DNA of 64,000 nucleotides, from assembly GCA_026770705.1 (NCBI GenBank), contig JANJGN010000010.1, forward strand, positions 43,834,001 to 43,898,000, given 5' to 3'. The notes beneath the pieces are model-generated. The model was not told where the DNA came from and did no database searches. It saw only the letters and a list, made by a program, of their open reading frames with translations. Each line of letters begins with the position of its first letter. Position 1 is the first letter of the stretch. Shown piece after piece: positions 1-12,079 of this stretch. The translations under genes were made by a program, and so were the position numbers. This stretch comes from Isurus oxyrinchus (lineage: Eukaryota).

Positions 1-739
1 TCCAGAAAATGACATTTGTCTAAATTGCTTATTAAATCTTTCCTTCAGTACCTTGTTAAAAAAAAACTAAGTGCCCTCAGGCTAGAACGCTGGTATTTAG
101 AATTGGACCCTGGTTAGAGCAACTATCAACCACAGTCACAAGCACATATCACTGTGGTTTTGAGTGCATACAGAACTTAGTTGAAACTGAAGTCTTATTC
201 CTCTCTTACACACACATGATAAAGATTAATCATTACTGCCATCTGTATCATCTGCATCTTTCTGAGAGTCATTTCTCCACACTCTTTGCTAACTCTAATT
301 GAAATACTGGAAAGGTACCAAGAACTGCAAGGTGCCAAACCTCATAATACCTGAATGTAGCTGCCGCAAGCATTTATAGTTATTTAAAGTAAGGGGAAAG
401 CAGTTAAGTCAAACAAGACCAGACTGTATATTCAAACAAATTGCTTTTCATGCCACTCTTACTTTTTGACAGGAAGAGGAAGAGAGCTGTTTACCTGAAT
501 CAAGATCAATTTACTGATCAAGGTAAAGGATATTAATACTAGGGAATGAAGCCCTTTCCCTTTGGACCATCGCCGCCAAACATTCCTAGCTGATGTAAAG
601 CAGCAACTCATCAAGAAAACATCTGCCCAAAATGTGTCAACCTCAGGAAAGTACTTTTTACTTTGCCAGTGTGATATTTCGATTGCCCATACTAGCCATC
701 AATATAACCTCTTTGAGTAAGCTTGTGAATTAAAATGAC

Positions 740-965
740 TAACATTCATTTAACACATCTCTCAAAAGTATCAATGCACTTTACATAGGATAAATTCCTT
801 TGGAATTTAGGTGACTGCAACAGTTATTTTCCACACAGCAAGAGACCACTAACACCAATAAGGTGGATGATAATCTGTTTTGTTACTGGAAATGGTTGAG
901 GTAAATGTTGATTAGGAGAACAGGAGAACTTGTTTTTTTTAAATGGTGCCATTGAATCTTTACCA
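740..965 (-). mobile_element. Old DeuSINE-like SINE fragment
   Basis: Reverse strand AAAGATTCAATGGCACCATTT...TTCTCCTGTTCTCCTAATCAACATTTACCTCAACC resembles the core of the copy at 58355-58712. Confidence 0.45.
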
Positions 966-1182
966 TCTATGCCGTGCAATTAAGAAAAAGCAGGGTAAAT
1001 GGTCAAAATTGCTAAAACTGCAAGGCGAATGGTCAAAGCCTCTGACGCCATAGGCAGAATGCCTGTGGTGCTTTCCATCTAAAACTGTGAGCTGGTCAGT
1101 TTCCAAGTTCCTGATCTGTTGCTGCCACTTTTGTAAATGCCTTTCAAAAATTAACATGGAGGCTTCATCCACCAGTTAATAA

Positions 1183-1388
1183 TGTGGTGAGGCAATACAT
1201 GCAGCTGGTTATTTAATTCTATTAACACCCTCTTTTCATATTTCAGCTTAGAATGTGTAACATGAAACATTATGGTCTGACTTACTGACCAGAATATTAG
1301 ATTGCCTGATTCCAACTTATGAATGAGGGGCATATCATGGCCAGTATGGTCACATTATAAACATCTCTATAAATAAGGTAAATAATCC
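1183..1388. repeat. Source arm of a near-perfect ~206-bp inverted duplication (copy at 2336-2552)
   Basis: Its reverse complement matches 2336-2552 except for 2 substitutions and an 11-nt indel. Confidence 0.95.
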
Positions 1389-1884
1389 TACAAGTAATTG
1401 CTGCCTGAATCATACTGAAGGACACAACATTTAGAGGGTGTCTGTAGTTATGGCAGTTTGGCAAGTGAATAACATTTCGAGGGAATTACAGGAATTTGGT
1501 GGCAAGGGTGCACAGATTGGGAAGTTTAAACATGCACTTCCCATTTCAATTTTTTTGGAAAAGTTAACAAGAAGCATGAGGAAAACCTAACAGAAAATCT
1601 AGCAGTGCAGACAGAAAGGCAAGCAGATATATTATTTTTAATGTATTCTAGATATGGATGTACGCTGTGCTTGGTTTCTACATTTTGGGGGTAAATTTGG
1701 ACAAAATTTTGCTAAGGAAATTAAATGATTTAGGTAGGATTCATGATAAGTTGAATTGTACATAGTGTATTAAAAGAGAAAACTGAAATGGCCTTTTGAA
1801 TCATAGAAACTATAATAGGAGAAGAGTATTCAGTATTATCTCTCAAATGATACTTATGTAAAACTAAGTCCCACTTCTAATACA

Positions 1885-3020
1885 TAAGGAAACAGTTAAT
1901 GACCTTCCTTCCATCATAAGGCCAGAGGTGGCGATGTTCACTGATGGTTGCACAATGTTCAGCACCATTCGTGACTCTGCAGATACTGAAGCAGTCCATG
2001 TCCAAAAGCAGCAAGACCCGGACAATATCCAGACTTGGGCTCATAAGTGGCAAGTAATATTCTTGCCAAAGAAGTGTCAGGCAATGACCATCTCCATCAA
2101 GCAAGAATCTAGCCATCACTCCTTGACATTCAATGACATTATCATTGCTGAATCATTCACTTTCAACATCCTGGGGGTTACTGAACTGGACTAGCCATAT
2201 AAATACTGTGATTACTAGGGCAGGTCAGAGGCTAGGAGTCCTGCAGCAAGTAACTCACCTCCTGACTCCCCCAAGCCTGTTCACCAGCTACAAGGCACAA
2301 GTCAGGAATATGATGGAATACTCTCCACTTGCCGTGGATTATTGGCCTTATTTATAGAGATGTTTATAATGTGACCATACTGGCCATGATATGCCCCTCA
2401 TTCATAAGTTGGAATCAGGCAATCTAATATTCTGGTCAGTAAGTCAGAATGCAATATGACCATAATGTTTCATGTTACACATTCTAAGCTGAAATATGAA
2501 AAGAGGGTGTTAATAGAATTAAATAACCAGCTGCATGTATTGCCTCACCACAGCTCAAACAATACTCAAGAAGCTTGACACCATCCAAGACAAAGCAGCC
2601 CACTTGACTGGCACCCCATCCACAAACATTCACGCCTCCCACCACCAACGCACCGTGGCAGCAGCGTGTACCATCTGCAAGATGCACTGCAGGAACTCAC
2701 CAAGACTCCTTAGACAGCACCTTCCAAACCCACAACCACTACCATCTGGAAGGACAAAGGCAGCAGATACATGGGAACACCACCACCTGTAAGTTCCCCT
2801 CCAAGCCACTCACCATCCTGACTTGGAAATGTATTGCCATTCCTTCACTGTCGCTGGGTCAACATCCTGGAATTCCCTCCCTAATAGCACTGTGGTTGTA
2901 CCTCTGCCTCATGGACTGCAGCAGTTCAATAAGACAGCTTACCACCACCTTCTCAAGGGCAATTAGAGATGGGCAATAAATGCTGGCCGAACGCCCAACA
3001 TCCCATGAATGAAATTTTAA
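1885..3020 (+). mobile_element. CR1/L2-group LINE family B, 5'-truncated RT end and 3' tail, interrupted by an inverted insertion
   Basis: ORFs read MFTDGCTMF (YADD-like), KWQVIFLPKKCQAM and YKAQVRNMMEYSPLA; 3' tail CTTCTCAAGGGCAATTAG...ATCCCATGAATGAA. Confidence 0.85.
2336..2552. repeat. Inverted copy of 1183-1388 inserted in the LINE
   Basis: Direct alignment; LINE sequence resumes on both sides. Confidence 0.95.
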
Positions 3021-3271
3021 AAATGAAGTGATAGCAATTAATTGAGATATAAAATTTAGAGATAAAATTGAGGAGAAAAAGATCTAAAATTAGTCTTTCC
3101 CTCATGCCAGATTGGGCAAGGTTCACCAACCAATCAAGCATGGATTTGATTTACATTCCTCCTCGAATCTATAGAAACCAAGTAAGTTTGTTCCATATGG
3201 GAAACCAAAGGCAAGAAGTCCATAGTAGCTTGTTGCAAAGGCACTAGTGCTCGAGGGAGACACTCGCAGTC

Positions 3272-3667
3272 TGACAGAAATTTCACCAGAAGCATGCCAG
3301 AAACTCTATCTCTGCTGTACTTCTGGCAAAATTAAGCAGCAGCAGCTCCACGGACATTAAGACCTTAATAAGTTTAACCCATAAGGAATGCCCCTTTAGC
3401 TTTAGCAGTTTTCTTTCAAAGCCAAATTGTGGAAATACTGGATAGATTCCAACATCAGCAGAATCTTGCACGGCACAGGATTAATGTTTTGAATTTGGCA
3501 CTAAAGGGCAAATTTCTTTCAATCAATCTTGCTTTCTAAGCCCTATTTGTAGATGCCTTCCTGGAAGTTGTTAGTGCACCCACTAATTAAGATGGAAATA
3601 TTTTTTTAAATTGCAATTTATTTGCCAGACTAAGTCAAAAACTGGGAAGATTTAGTAAATTCGGCCC
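3272..3667. mobile_element. Old Harbinger-type MITE remnant
   Basis: Right end AAATTCGGCCC resembles other Harbinger TIRs in the window; left end TGACAGAAATTTC is degenerate. Confidence 0.35.
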
Positions 3668-4359
3668 TATTAGTCTAACCAGCTTGCTTTTCTGCTGTGC
3701 AAGTGATGTCTAAGAATACAGCTTTCAGGAGTAAGAGGAAAAATAGCTGTTGTGCAATAAGACAAAGACCGCTTTTGTCTATTGCTTCCCTCACTTCCCC
3801 TTTGCTATTCAAAGCACCACATATTTTGCAGGCAAATATAACAGCCATGTTGGCTGAAGCAAAATCCTGGAAATAGAAATAGACAGTTATATGGTTTTGA
3901 TTAAAGGGAAAGTCCTGATCATGATACCAAAAGAACTGTCTCTTTCCCATCTTCTCTCATTTTGTCCTAAATGTCAATCAGGGCGTAATATACCTTCTTG
4001 TAAGGCTATGGGGAAAGAGCAAGGGAGTGAGATTAATTGAATAACTCTTTGAAAGAGCTGGCACAGGCACAACAAGCTGGCCTCCTTTATGCTGTATGAT
4101 TACAGCTAGAATAAAGACTATAGGGGTTATTTTGGCCAAAGGGTGACAATAGACACTAAATGGATGCTATGTTATTAAGAGAGTCTGTTTGAAAGTTTGG
4201 ATTTGGGAAGCAATTTTCAACCTAATTGATGATTCCAATATTTCAATGTGCCTGCCGTCTAACTAACTGGCAACTTCAGGTTGAGCACTGAATTAAATGC
4301 AACTTTATTGGAGGCAGATGTAGCATGCTGAAGGTATGGAGTATGATGGCTGGGAGTAG

Positions 4360-4605
4360 ATGGATGACTCAAGGAGCAAGACATGGAGTGGCCATGTTCT
4401 CTGATGCTGCACTAGAGGTCCTGGTGGAGAAGATAGAGAGGAGGAGGGATGTCCTCTACTGTCAGGGGAGAATTGGGGGCTGTCGAGGCAGCTGATGCAC
4501 TGCATGTGGGATAAGATTCCCCAGGAGTCAAAGCCAGGTGCCCTATCCACAGTACATGGCTCCAGGGCTGCATGTAATGTACTGACTTGACATGAGTAGA
4601 CAAAC
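4360..4605 (+). pseudogene. Harbinger Myb/SANT-like DNA-binding protein, exon 1 remnant
   Basis: Manual translation AMFSDAALEVLVEKIERRRDVLY...WDKI...TWLQ parallels PRFKDGSLERLLDAVEARRDVLY...AWEAVA...TATQC in H1. Confidence 0.7.
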
Positions 4606-4845
4606 ACTTCTCAATAACTGCACCACCACACCACCACAACTCCTGCACATTCCATCTACCATCTAACTATACATTGACCTTCACACGCCCTACATTATTG
4701 CATCCTTCACAGGCACATCTCATAGCTCTTCCATTATGCAAAGCATCGCACACACACAAATACATCTGCCATTCACAATCATCAGCAATTAGCTCCAGTT
4801 GGACCAGACCTGAGGCCGGGCAGGGGGGAAGGTTTTAGTGGGAAG

Positions 4846-7740
4846 CATATAGGAACATAGGAGCAGGAATAGGCCATTCTGCCCTTCAAGCCTGCTCTGC
4901 CATTCAAAAAGATCATGACTGATTATCCACCTCAACGCCACTTTCCCATGTGATAAGCCCATATCCCTCTTGTCATTAGTTTCCAGAAATCTACTGATTT
5001 CTGTCTTGAAGATGCTCAATGATTGAGCTTCCACAGCCCTCTGGGGTAGAGAATCCAAAGATTCACCACCCTCTGAGTGAACAAACTCCTCGTCATCTCA
5101 GTCTTAAATGGCCTGCCCCTCATTCTGGGATTGTGTCCCCTGGTTCTAGGTTCACCAGCCAGGGGAAACATCCTATCCACACCTACCCTGTCATTCCTTG
5201 GAAGAATTCTGTAAGCTTCAATGAGATCACCTTTGATGCTTCACAACTTTAGAGAATACAGGCCCAGATTCCTCAATCTCTCCTCATAAGCCAATTCTGC
5301 CATCCCAGGGATTAGTCCGGTGAACCTCCATTGCGCTCTCTCTATGGCAAGCATATCCTTCCTTATAAGGCATAAGGAGGCCAAAGCTGTAAACAATACT
5401 CCTGGTGTGGTATCACAAGGCTGTATACAATTGCAGAAGGATATCTTTACTCCTGGATTCAAATCCCCATGTAATGAAGGCCAACTTACCATTTGCCTTC
5501 CTAATTACCTGCTGCACCTGCATGCTGGCTTTTAGTGAACATTCGAACACATGAACAAGGAGCAGGAATAGGCCATTCAGCCCCTCGAGCCCGTTACACC
5601 ATTTAATAAGAACATGGCTAATCTGAGAGTAACCTGGAAGCTACATCCCATCTACCACTGATAACCTATCACCCCTTTGTTACTGAGAATCTATGCACCT
5701 CTGCCTTAAAAATATTTAAAGACTCTACTTCCACCAGCTTTTCAGGAAGAGAATTCCAAAGACTCATGAGGTAGGTAAATGATATGTTGGCCTTCATCGC
5801 AAGGGAATTTGAGTACAGGATTAAAGATATTTTCTGCAATTGTATAGAGCCTTCGTGATGCTGCACCTGGAGTATTGTGTACAGCTTTGGTCTCCTAATA
5901 TCTAAGGAAGGATATGCTTGCCATGGAGGGAGTGCAATGGAAGTTGACCAGACTAATCCCTGGGATGATGGGATTGTCTTATGAGGAGAGATTGAGGAAT
6001 CTGGGCCTCTGTTCTGCTTTTTTCTACCAAGGTGTATAACTTCACACTTATTCATATTATATTCCATCTGCCATGTGCTTGCCTGTTGACTTAGCCTGTC
6101 CAAGTTCCCTTGAAGCCTACTTGCATCCTCCTCATTATTTATATTGCCATCTAGTTGTGTGTCATCAGCAAATTCGGAAATATTACATTTTGTCCCCACA
6201 TCCAAATCATTTATGTAGATTGTGAACAGCTGTGGCCCTAGCACTAATCCTCGTGGTACCCCACTAGTAACAGCCTGCCATCCTGAGAATGAACCATTTA
6301 TTCCCACTCCTTGGTTTCTGTCTTGTTAGACGATCTCAATCCATACCAGTATATTATCCCCAATCCCATGTGTTCTAATTTTGTTTACTAACCTCCTGAG
6401 TGGGATCTTATCAAAAGCCTTCTGAAAATCCAAATACACCTCATCCACTGGTTCCCCTTTACCTATGCCACAAGTAACAACCTCAAAAAACTCCAACAGG
6501 TTTGCTAACCTTCAATCCAATTAATTTTCAAGCACTACCTCTTTATTAATATTATTTTCTTTCAGCTTCTCATTTTTACAAGCCCCTTGGCTCCCTAGTA
6601 TTTCTGGGAGATTTCCTCCGTGAAGACAGATACAAAGTTATTGTTTAGTTTCTCCACCAGTTTCCTATTCTGCATTATAAATTCTCCTGTCTCCACCTGT
6701 AATGGACCATGTATGTCCTTGATAATCTTTTCTTTTCACATACCTAAAAATGCTTTTACAGTCCACCTTTATATTTCTGGCTAGCTTGCTTTCATATTCT
6801 CTTTTCCCTTCCTTTATCAGTTTCTTGCTCCTCCTTTGCTGGATTCTAAATTGCTCCCAATCCTCAGGCTTACCACTTTTCCCAGCACTTGTAAGCCACT
6901 TCCATGATTTAATGGAATCTTTAACTTCCTTTGTTAGCCACGGTTGATGCACCTTTCCTGTTGGGTTTCATAGAAGAATGTATATTTGTTAACCCTGGTG
7001 CCAGGGACGCAACATACCATTCTAGAGTCATGGCTATGGTCACAGAATCCTTTAACTAATTAACCCCCTATCACTATTGCTCTTCCACTCTTCTTTCTTC
7101 CCTCCTGTGCAGCTGAGCCACCCATGGTGCCACAAACCTGGCTCTTGCTGAACTCCTCTGAAGAACTATCACGCTCACCAGTATCCAAAGTGGAAAACTG
7201 CTTACTAAATGAGATTGACTCAGAGGACTCCTGCACTACCTGCCTGACTCCCTTAGGCTATCTAGCAGTCACCCATTCCGTCTCTGCCTGCATGCTCCTA
7301 ACCTGTGATGTGAGCACTTCCCTAAACATGCTATCCAAGTAGTTATCTGTTTTGCGGATGAACCACAGTGACTCCAGAGCTACTCAGGTTCCAAAACCCA
7401 GACCTTAATCTTCTGCAGCAGTGACACTTTCTGCAGATGCGTTTCTCTAAGAGATATGGCGTGCCCATGGCTCCCCCCATATGCCACAGAATGCATATTC
7501 CACTCAGCCAAGCTGCCCTCCCACCCCCTTAACCTTACAAACTATTTATTATAAGTAGAAAAAGTTGAAGAGCCTATCAGTTACTCATTAATCAGCTTCT
7601 TCCTCTGTACTGATGTAAGAGCCAAATGCTGGGGGCTGAAAAACATAGAAAAAGAAAGGAGCATTTCCTTTCCCTCTTCACTGAACCCCTCACTCACCAA
7701 ACCCCCAGCTCCTCACCCCAGGAGCACAACTCCATTAGGT
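4846..7740 (-). mobile_element. Vertebrate CR1 LINE (family A), internally deleted, with ORF1 remnant; hosts a second CR1 at 5538-6015
   Basis: RT motifs GVPRGLVLGPQLFTIYINDL, FADDT and QPWLTKEVK; CR1 3' UTR at 4846-4960; CxxC ORF1-like region near 7380-7520. Confidence 0.9.
5538..6015 (-). mobile_element. CR1 3' end with 5'-inverted segment (5768-6015 on + strand), nested in CR1
   Basis: 5538-5767 is a second minus-strand CR1 3' end (SLWNSLPEKLVEVESLNIFK); 5768-6015 is upstream CR1 RT sequence in the opposite orientation. Confidence 0.8.
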
Positions 7741-8599
7741 CACTTCACTTGAGAAGGCAGCGCTGTCCATGATCAGAAGGGTGGGGGGGGGGGGTGGTCA
7801 TCCTGGCCAGAGGCAAAACAAGGGAAACCTCACCGAGATGTATGTGACCACTGCAGCTTCCTTGTAGAAGCACCTTGCCCAGTGAAGCAGGTTCAGGAAG
7901 AGCAACAGTCATCTTGCACCTAACCCCTATCTCAGAGGAAGAAAGGAGGAGAAATGAAGATGAATGCAATGCATCAATGGCTCTTACTGCCACAAACACC
8001 AACCAGCTCAGAGATTGGCACTATGGCGACTTAAAGACTTGCTTAGAAGAGGAGTCCTCACAGTGGGTGCACTGGGCATTAAAAAACAGCAGCCAGCAGT
8101 ATAGATGGGTCACGTTGGGTATTATCTTTCCTGAGGGCAAGGTCACATACTAGTTATGCTGCAGAAGAGTCAAATGAGGGTCGCACAGGCTCAATCTTCG
8201 GAATAAGTATAAAGGATGTGAGAAACAAATTGCTGGGTGCAATGAAAGCCTGCCTCATTGTCTACAGGTCTTGTCTAGCGGTACAGAGGAGTCTGCTTCC
8301 AGTGTGGAGACGGTAGTGAATTCCAGCTAGCAACCTATAAGCCCGACATCACATCAAGTATGATGACTGAGGTTACAGTTTCAATTGTAGTCACTGCAGA
8401 TTGCATTGAAGAGCAAACTGCTGAAATGGAAGGTCAAGCAGCTGCCATGAGCTCTGGCTGAAAGGAGCTTGCACAGTGTGATCAATGCCCACAGATGTGT
8501 TCTTCACCAGACACAAGCCCCGAGGTAGTGGCATGAGAGTCAAGGAGCAGCTCTGCTGGCCTTTCTTCAAAAGGCAGCCTTATTGTTCCCCACCACCCC

Positions 8600-9110
8600 C
8601 ACCCTCCCCACCACACTAAACAATGCCCTTGCCCTTGATTCTCAACCAGAAGCTTTCCATCCCAGAGTTTTAAAGGAAGCAGGTGAGAACGTTGCACAAA
8701 CTAGGGCTGAAATCCTGGAAATTAGATGGTTAAGAGATGATTTAATTGAACTTTTCAAAACATTAAGAGGAACAGATAGGTTAGACAGAGAGAAACTATT
8801 TCCACTGGTTGCAGAGCCTAAGGCTAGAGGGCATACTCTGAAAATTAGAACCAGACCTCTCAGGAGTGGAATTAAAAAACACTTCTACGTGCAAAGGGTG
8901 ATGGAAGTTTCGAACTCCCTTCTGCAAACAGCAATTGATTCAGATGAATTGTTAATTTTAAAGCTGCAACTGATAGATTTTTGTTAAGCAACTGTATTAA
9001 GGGATATGGGGCAAATGCATGCTGAGTCAGGTCACGGATTAGCTATGGTCTAACTGAATGGTGGAACCAGCTTAAAAGGCTAAATGGCTTCCTCCTGATC
9101 TTATGGTCTT
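8600..9110 (+). mobile_element. CR1 LINE fragments (3' RT end and UTR)
   Basis: LRDDLIELFKTLRGTDRLDREKLFP...HFYVQRVMEVSNSL. Confidence 0.85.
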
Positions 9111-9394
9111 CAGCCCACGCTGAGATTGTTCAGTCTAAGACAGATTACCGCTAATGATGAGTGAAAAATGTAATACTTGTTCGTGAAGTTGGCTCTGTCA
9201 TGTTTATATGGTTTGTTTTTGATGTATATAAACAATGACTATGCTACTTAGATGTTGTTGGAATTTGTGGTCTTTTTATTATAATAATCACAGACAAGGG
9301 GTTGAAAAGATTGAGCAGAGATGGTGGACCCTAAGTTATGGAAGGTGCACCATGTGGCAGTAGTGCTCTGGAGTCTGATGGTGGACCACGTCTC

Positions 9395-11440
9395 TCAAAG
9401 GCACTCTTCACTTAGATGACGGTGAGCTAGGTGAAGCCTGTCTATCTGGAAGCCTCTGGTGCTCCCCCTCGTCTTCCTCATTTGGTTCCTGAGCTTGACC
9501 CTCTGACACCACTGCTGGTGGCAAATGATGACTCTCATGATCGCCAAATTGTGGAACATGCAGCAAATCTCCACTAATGTGGACATGTTCTAGGCTGACC
9601 ACTGCTGGGCACCTCCTGACTGGTCAAGGCAGTTAGAACCTCTGCTTGAGGACCCCTTTGATCTGCGCAGTGATATTCTTGGTGACTGAGTGGCTCTCAT
9701 TGTATGAGTGCTGGGCTGGTGAGTGGGAATTTCTTGCAGGAGCCATGAGCCATAGTATCAAAATGTATACTATGCTGCCTAGTAGCCAGTCATGAGCATT
9801 GTGTTAGGACTTTAAGATCAGTGGGACGGATGCCTGTCTCATTATAAATCAGTTGTGGCAGCTCCCTGGTTAGCAGGTATTTGCTGCTGGTAGTCACAGA
9901 CAAACTGCACATTGAGGTTTCTGAACAAGTCCAAGTTTAAATGAGGGACTTGCATGACTGCATGAGTACTGTCAATAGCTTGGATCATGGGCCGTGAGCA
10001 ATCCTGTTGAATCCGAGTACTTTCTGTCTTTGGTCTTCTCTGGCAACAGAAAATGATATATAGTCATTCCTCAGAGTGTATTGAGTCACTGAGAGCTCTG
10101 TTATGCAGAAATGCATTGAGGATTCAGAGGTATGACTTATATTGAATGTACCAGCCTGGAAGGCTCCAATAGCATAAAAGTGGAGTGTGTTACAAAAGAA
10201 AAATAATTTGCAAAGTATTTGTCTGGTTTATTGTAAAATAGATTTATGGGGGTGAGTATAGTTGGTTCTGTCTGTGTAATTTAATTACATTCAAAATCTG
10301 GTAGACTGCAAGCTTGGAATTATCAAAAGAAGCTAGTTGTAGAAATGTGCATGAAATGCTAATGGTTAAACGTGAATGCTGGCTTAGTGTGTAAGGTGTG
10401 AAGGGAATTTGCATAAATAAGTGAAGGGTTTGTTTGGATTTCAAAGGGATGTTAGTCTGTGTATAACTAGCCAGATAAGCAAGGCTAAGGAGTGTGTTTA
10501 TTTTTCCAAAGGTTACTGACAATATTGGCAACATTAAAGTTTTCATAATATGGGAAAGGTACCACTCCAATGATATATGGAACAATAGAATTTACAAATT
10601 AAATAGAGAGAAACATATATGAAGGAGAATGAAAGGCTATGTGAGAGAGGGCCATTAAGATCTAACAGGAGTGTGTGAAACAGCCTTCAAGAAGCCTCCA
10701 TGCATTTGTGCATAAGTTGGCTGTGTCCAGTAACTAAAGTTGGGGAAAACCATTTGAAATTCCACTGTCAAGTGGATACTGTGTTAACTTGCTGGTTTTG
10801 TTTTTAAATCTAAAATCTATTTTGGACTGTTGCCTTAAAGTGAGTGTGTAACTTGGAGTCAGATTAATTAGGAATTTTAGGAGTTGTTACTGTAGTAAGT
10901 AATGGTAGTCTTATGTATGTGCTTGAAATCTTTCATTTTGTTAATAAATATTTTAATTTAATTTTTAAAATCTCTAAAGGTCTTGTTGGATTCATAACTT
11001 CTGAATTCGGTGCACAAATCTCATAATAAATACAAATTGCAAAACCGTTGTGATGGGGGGGCCAAGTTTCCTTTGTGGATTTGGTCCACCAGGCACACAT
11101 TATCTGCCATGTCATAACAAGTGCCACTGTGATCTTGACTGCCACAGGCAATGCAGTCCTGCCTGTGCTGCAATTTCTAAGTCTTCGCTTCAAGAATCCA
11201 CAGATCTCTGAAATAACTTCCTTGATAAAGCATAGTCTCCTCATGTGCTTGTTTTGGTCATGTGAATGTGGGAGTACTGTACTCTGAATACTTTTGGTGG
11301 ATAGGGCCTCCTGCAGAGACGCCTCCTCACTCTCTTTTCCTTCTCTCCTACTGTAGCTGGTGCGTCTCTGCCAAGTCTCATCTCCTCCCCCAATTCATCA
11401 TGCTGAGCCAAGGGGATGCCTGGCAATTTGCCCACAGCCA
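9395..11440 (-). pseudogene. Harbinger DDE transposase remnant (H0), interrupted by a solo LTR
   Basis: Removing 10188-11119 and one TSD restores ALPVAVKITVALHFYA; C-terminal CCMFHNLA and acidic tail at 9395-9600. Confidence 0.8.
10188..11119. mobile_element. Solo LTR (932 bp)
   Basis: TGTTA...TAACA termini; 4-bp TSD AGTG at 10184-10187 and 11120-11123; homologous to 23409-24334. Confidence 0.85.
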
Positions 11441-11902
11441 TCCAGTCCCTTTCTTCTTGTGACACCCGTAAGATGCCCAATAAATAGAGTGGAACAGCAA
11501 TTTCTCTTTTTAGGTGATGTATTAAGGCAATATCTGGAAGATATGTTAATAGAATGTTGGTGAAGTCTCAAAATGCCCCAGAAAGTGGCCTGATGTGTCT
11601 CAAAAGTCCTTTTCAAATGCAATGTAGTTAGTCAATCGCAAATCAGCAAATGAATAGCTCTAACCCACACTTAAAATACTCAGCAAGAATTCATTTACTC
11701 CTTTTCAGCTGACTGCTGTTGGAAAAGGCTGTTAAATGAACCATTATCAATCAAAATGGTGTGCAGCCTCATAAATGAACACTAGCAGATAGTTTAGTTA
11801 TCAATCAGCCCCTTAATGATCCTCCAGGCAGCAGTTCCTACCATCCCTTCAAATCTGTACCAAGATGGCATCTTGCACTAAATTTGGGGTCAACTAGCAT
11901 TG

Positions 11903-11990
11903 CATGAAGACTCGAAACATCAACTCTTTTCTTCTCCGCCGATGCTGCCAGACCTGCTGAGTTTTTCCAGGTAATTCTGTTTTTGTTTTG
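11903..11990 (+). mobile_element. Penelope-type terminal repeat fragment
   Basis: GACTCGAAACATCAACTC...GATGCTGCCAGACCTGCTGAG matches 36745-36860 and 62415-62530. Confidence 0.6.
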
Positions 11991-12079
11991 CATCTTAGGA
12001 TCCCATCTTGACCACCTCATGACCATTGTATGTATTCAGCCAGAATTGTCCCCAAATACATTAATGGGGTTTCTGCCAC

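Larger units (their letters stand above)
4120..11895. mobile_element. Old fragmented Harbinger transposon H0 (Myb gene +, transposase -), split by CR1s and a solo LTR
   Basis: Myb/SANT remnant at 4360-4605, probable downstream Myb-gene sequence at 7740-8470, transposase remnants at 9395-10187 and 11120-11440; same convergent layout as H1-H3; termini not clearly resolved. Confidence 0.6.

Noticed and set aside
5669-6307. 212-aa RT ORF with a novel insert
   Set aside because: Chimera of host CR1, an antisense inverted segment and a second CR1 end.
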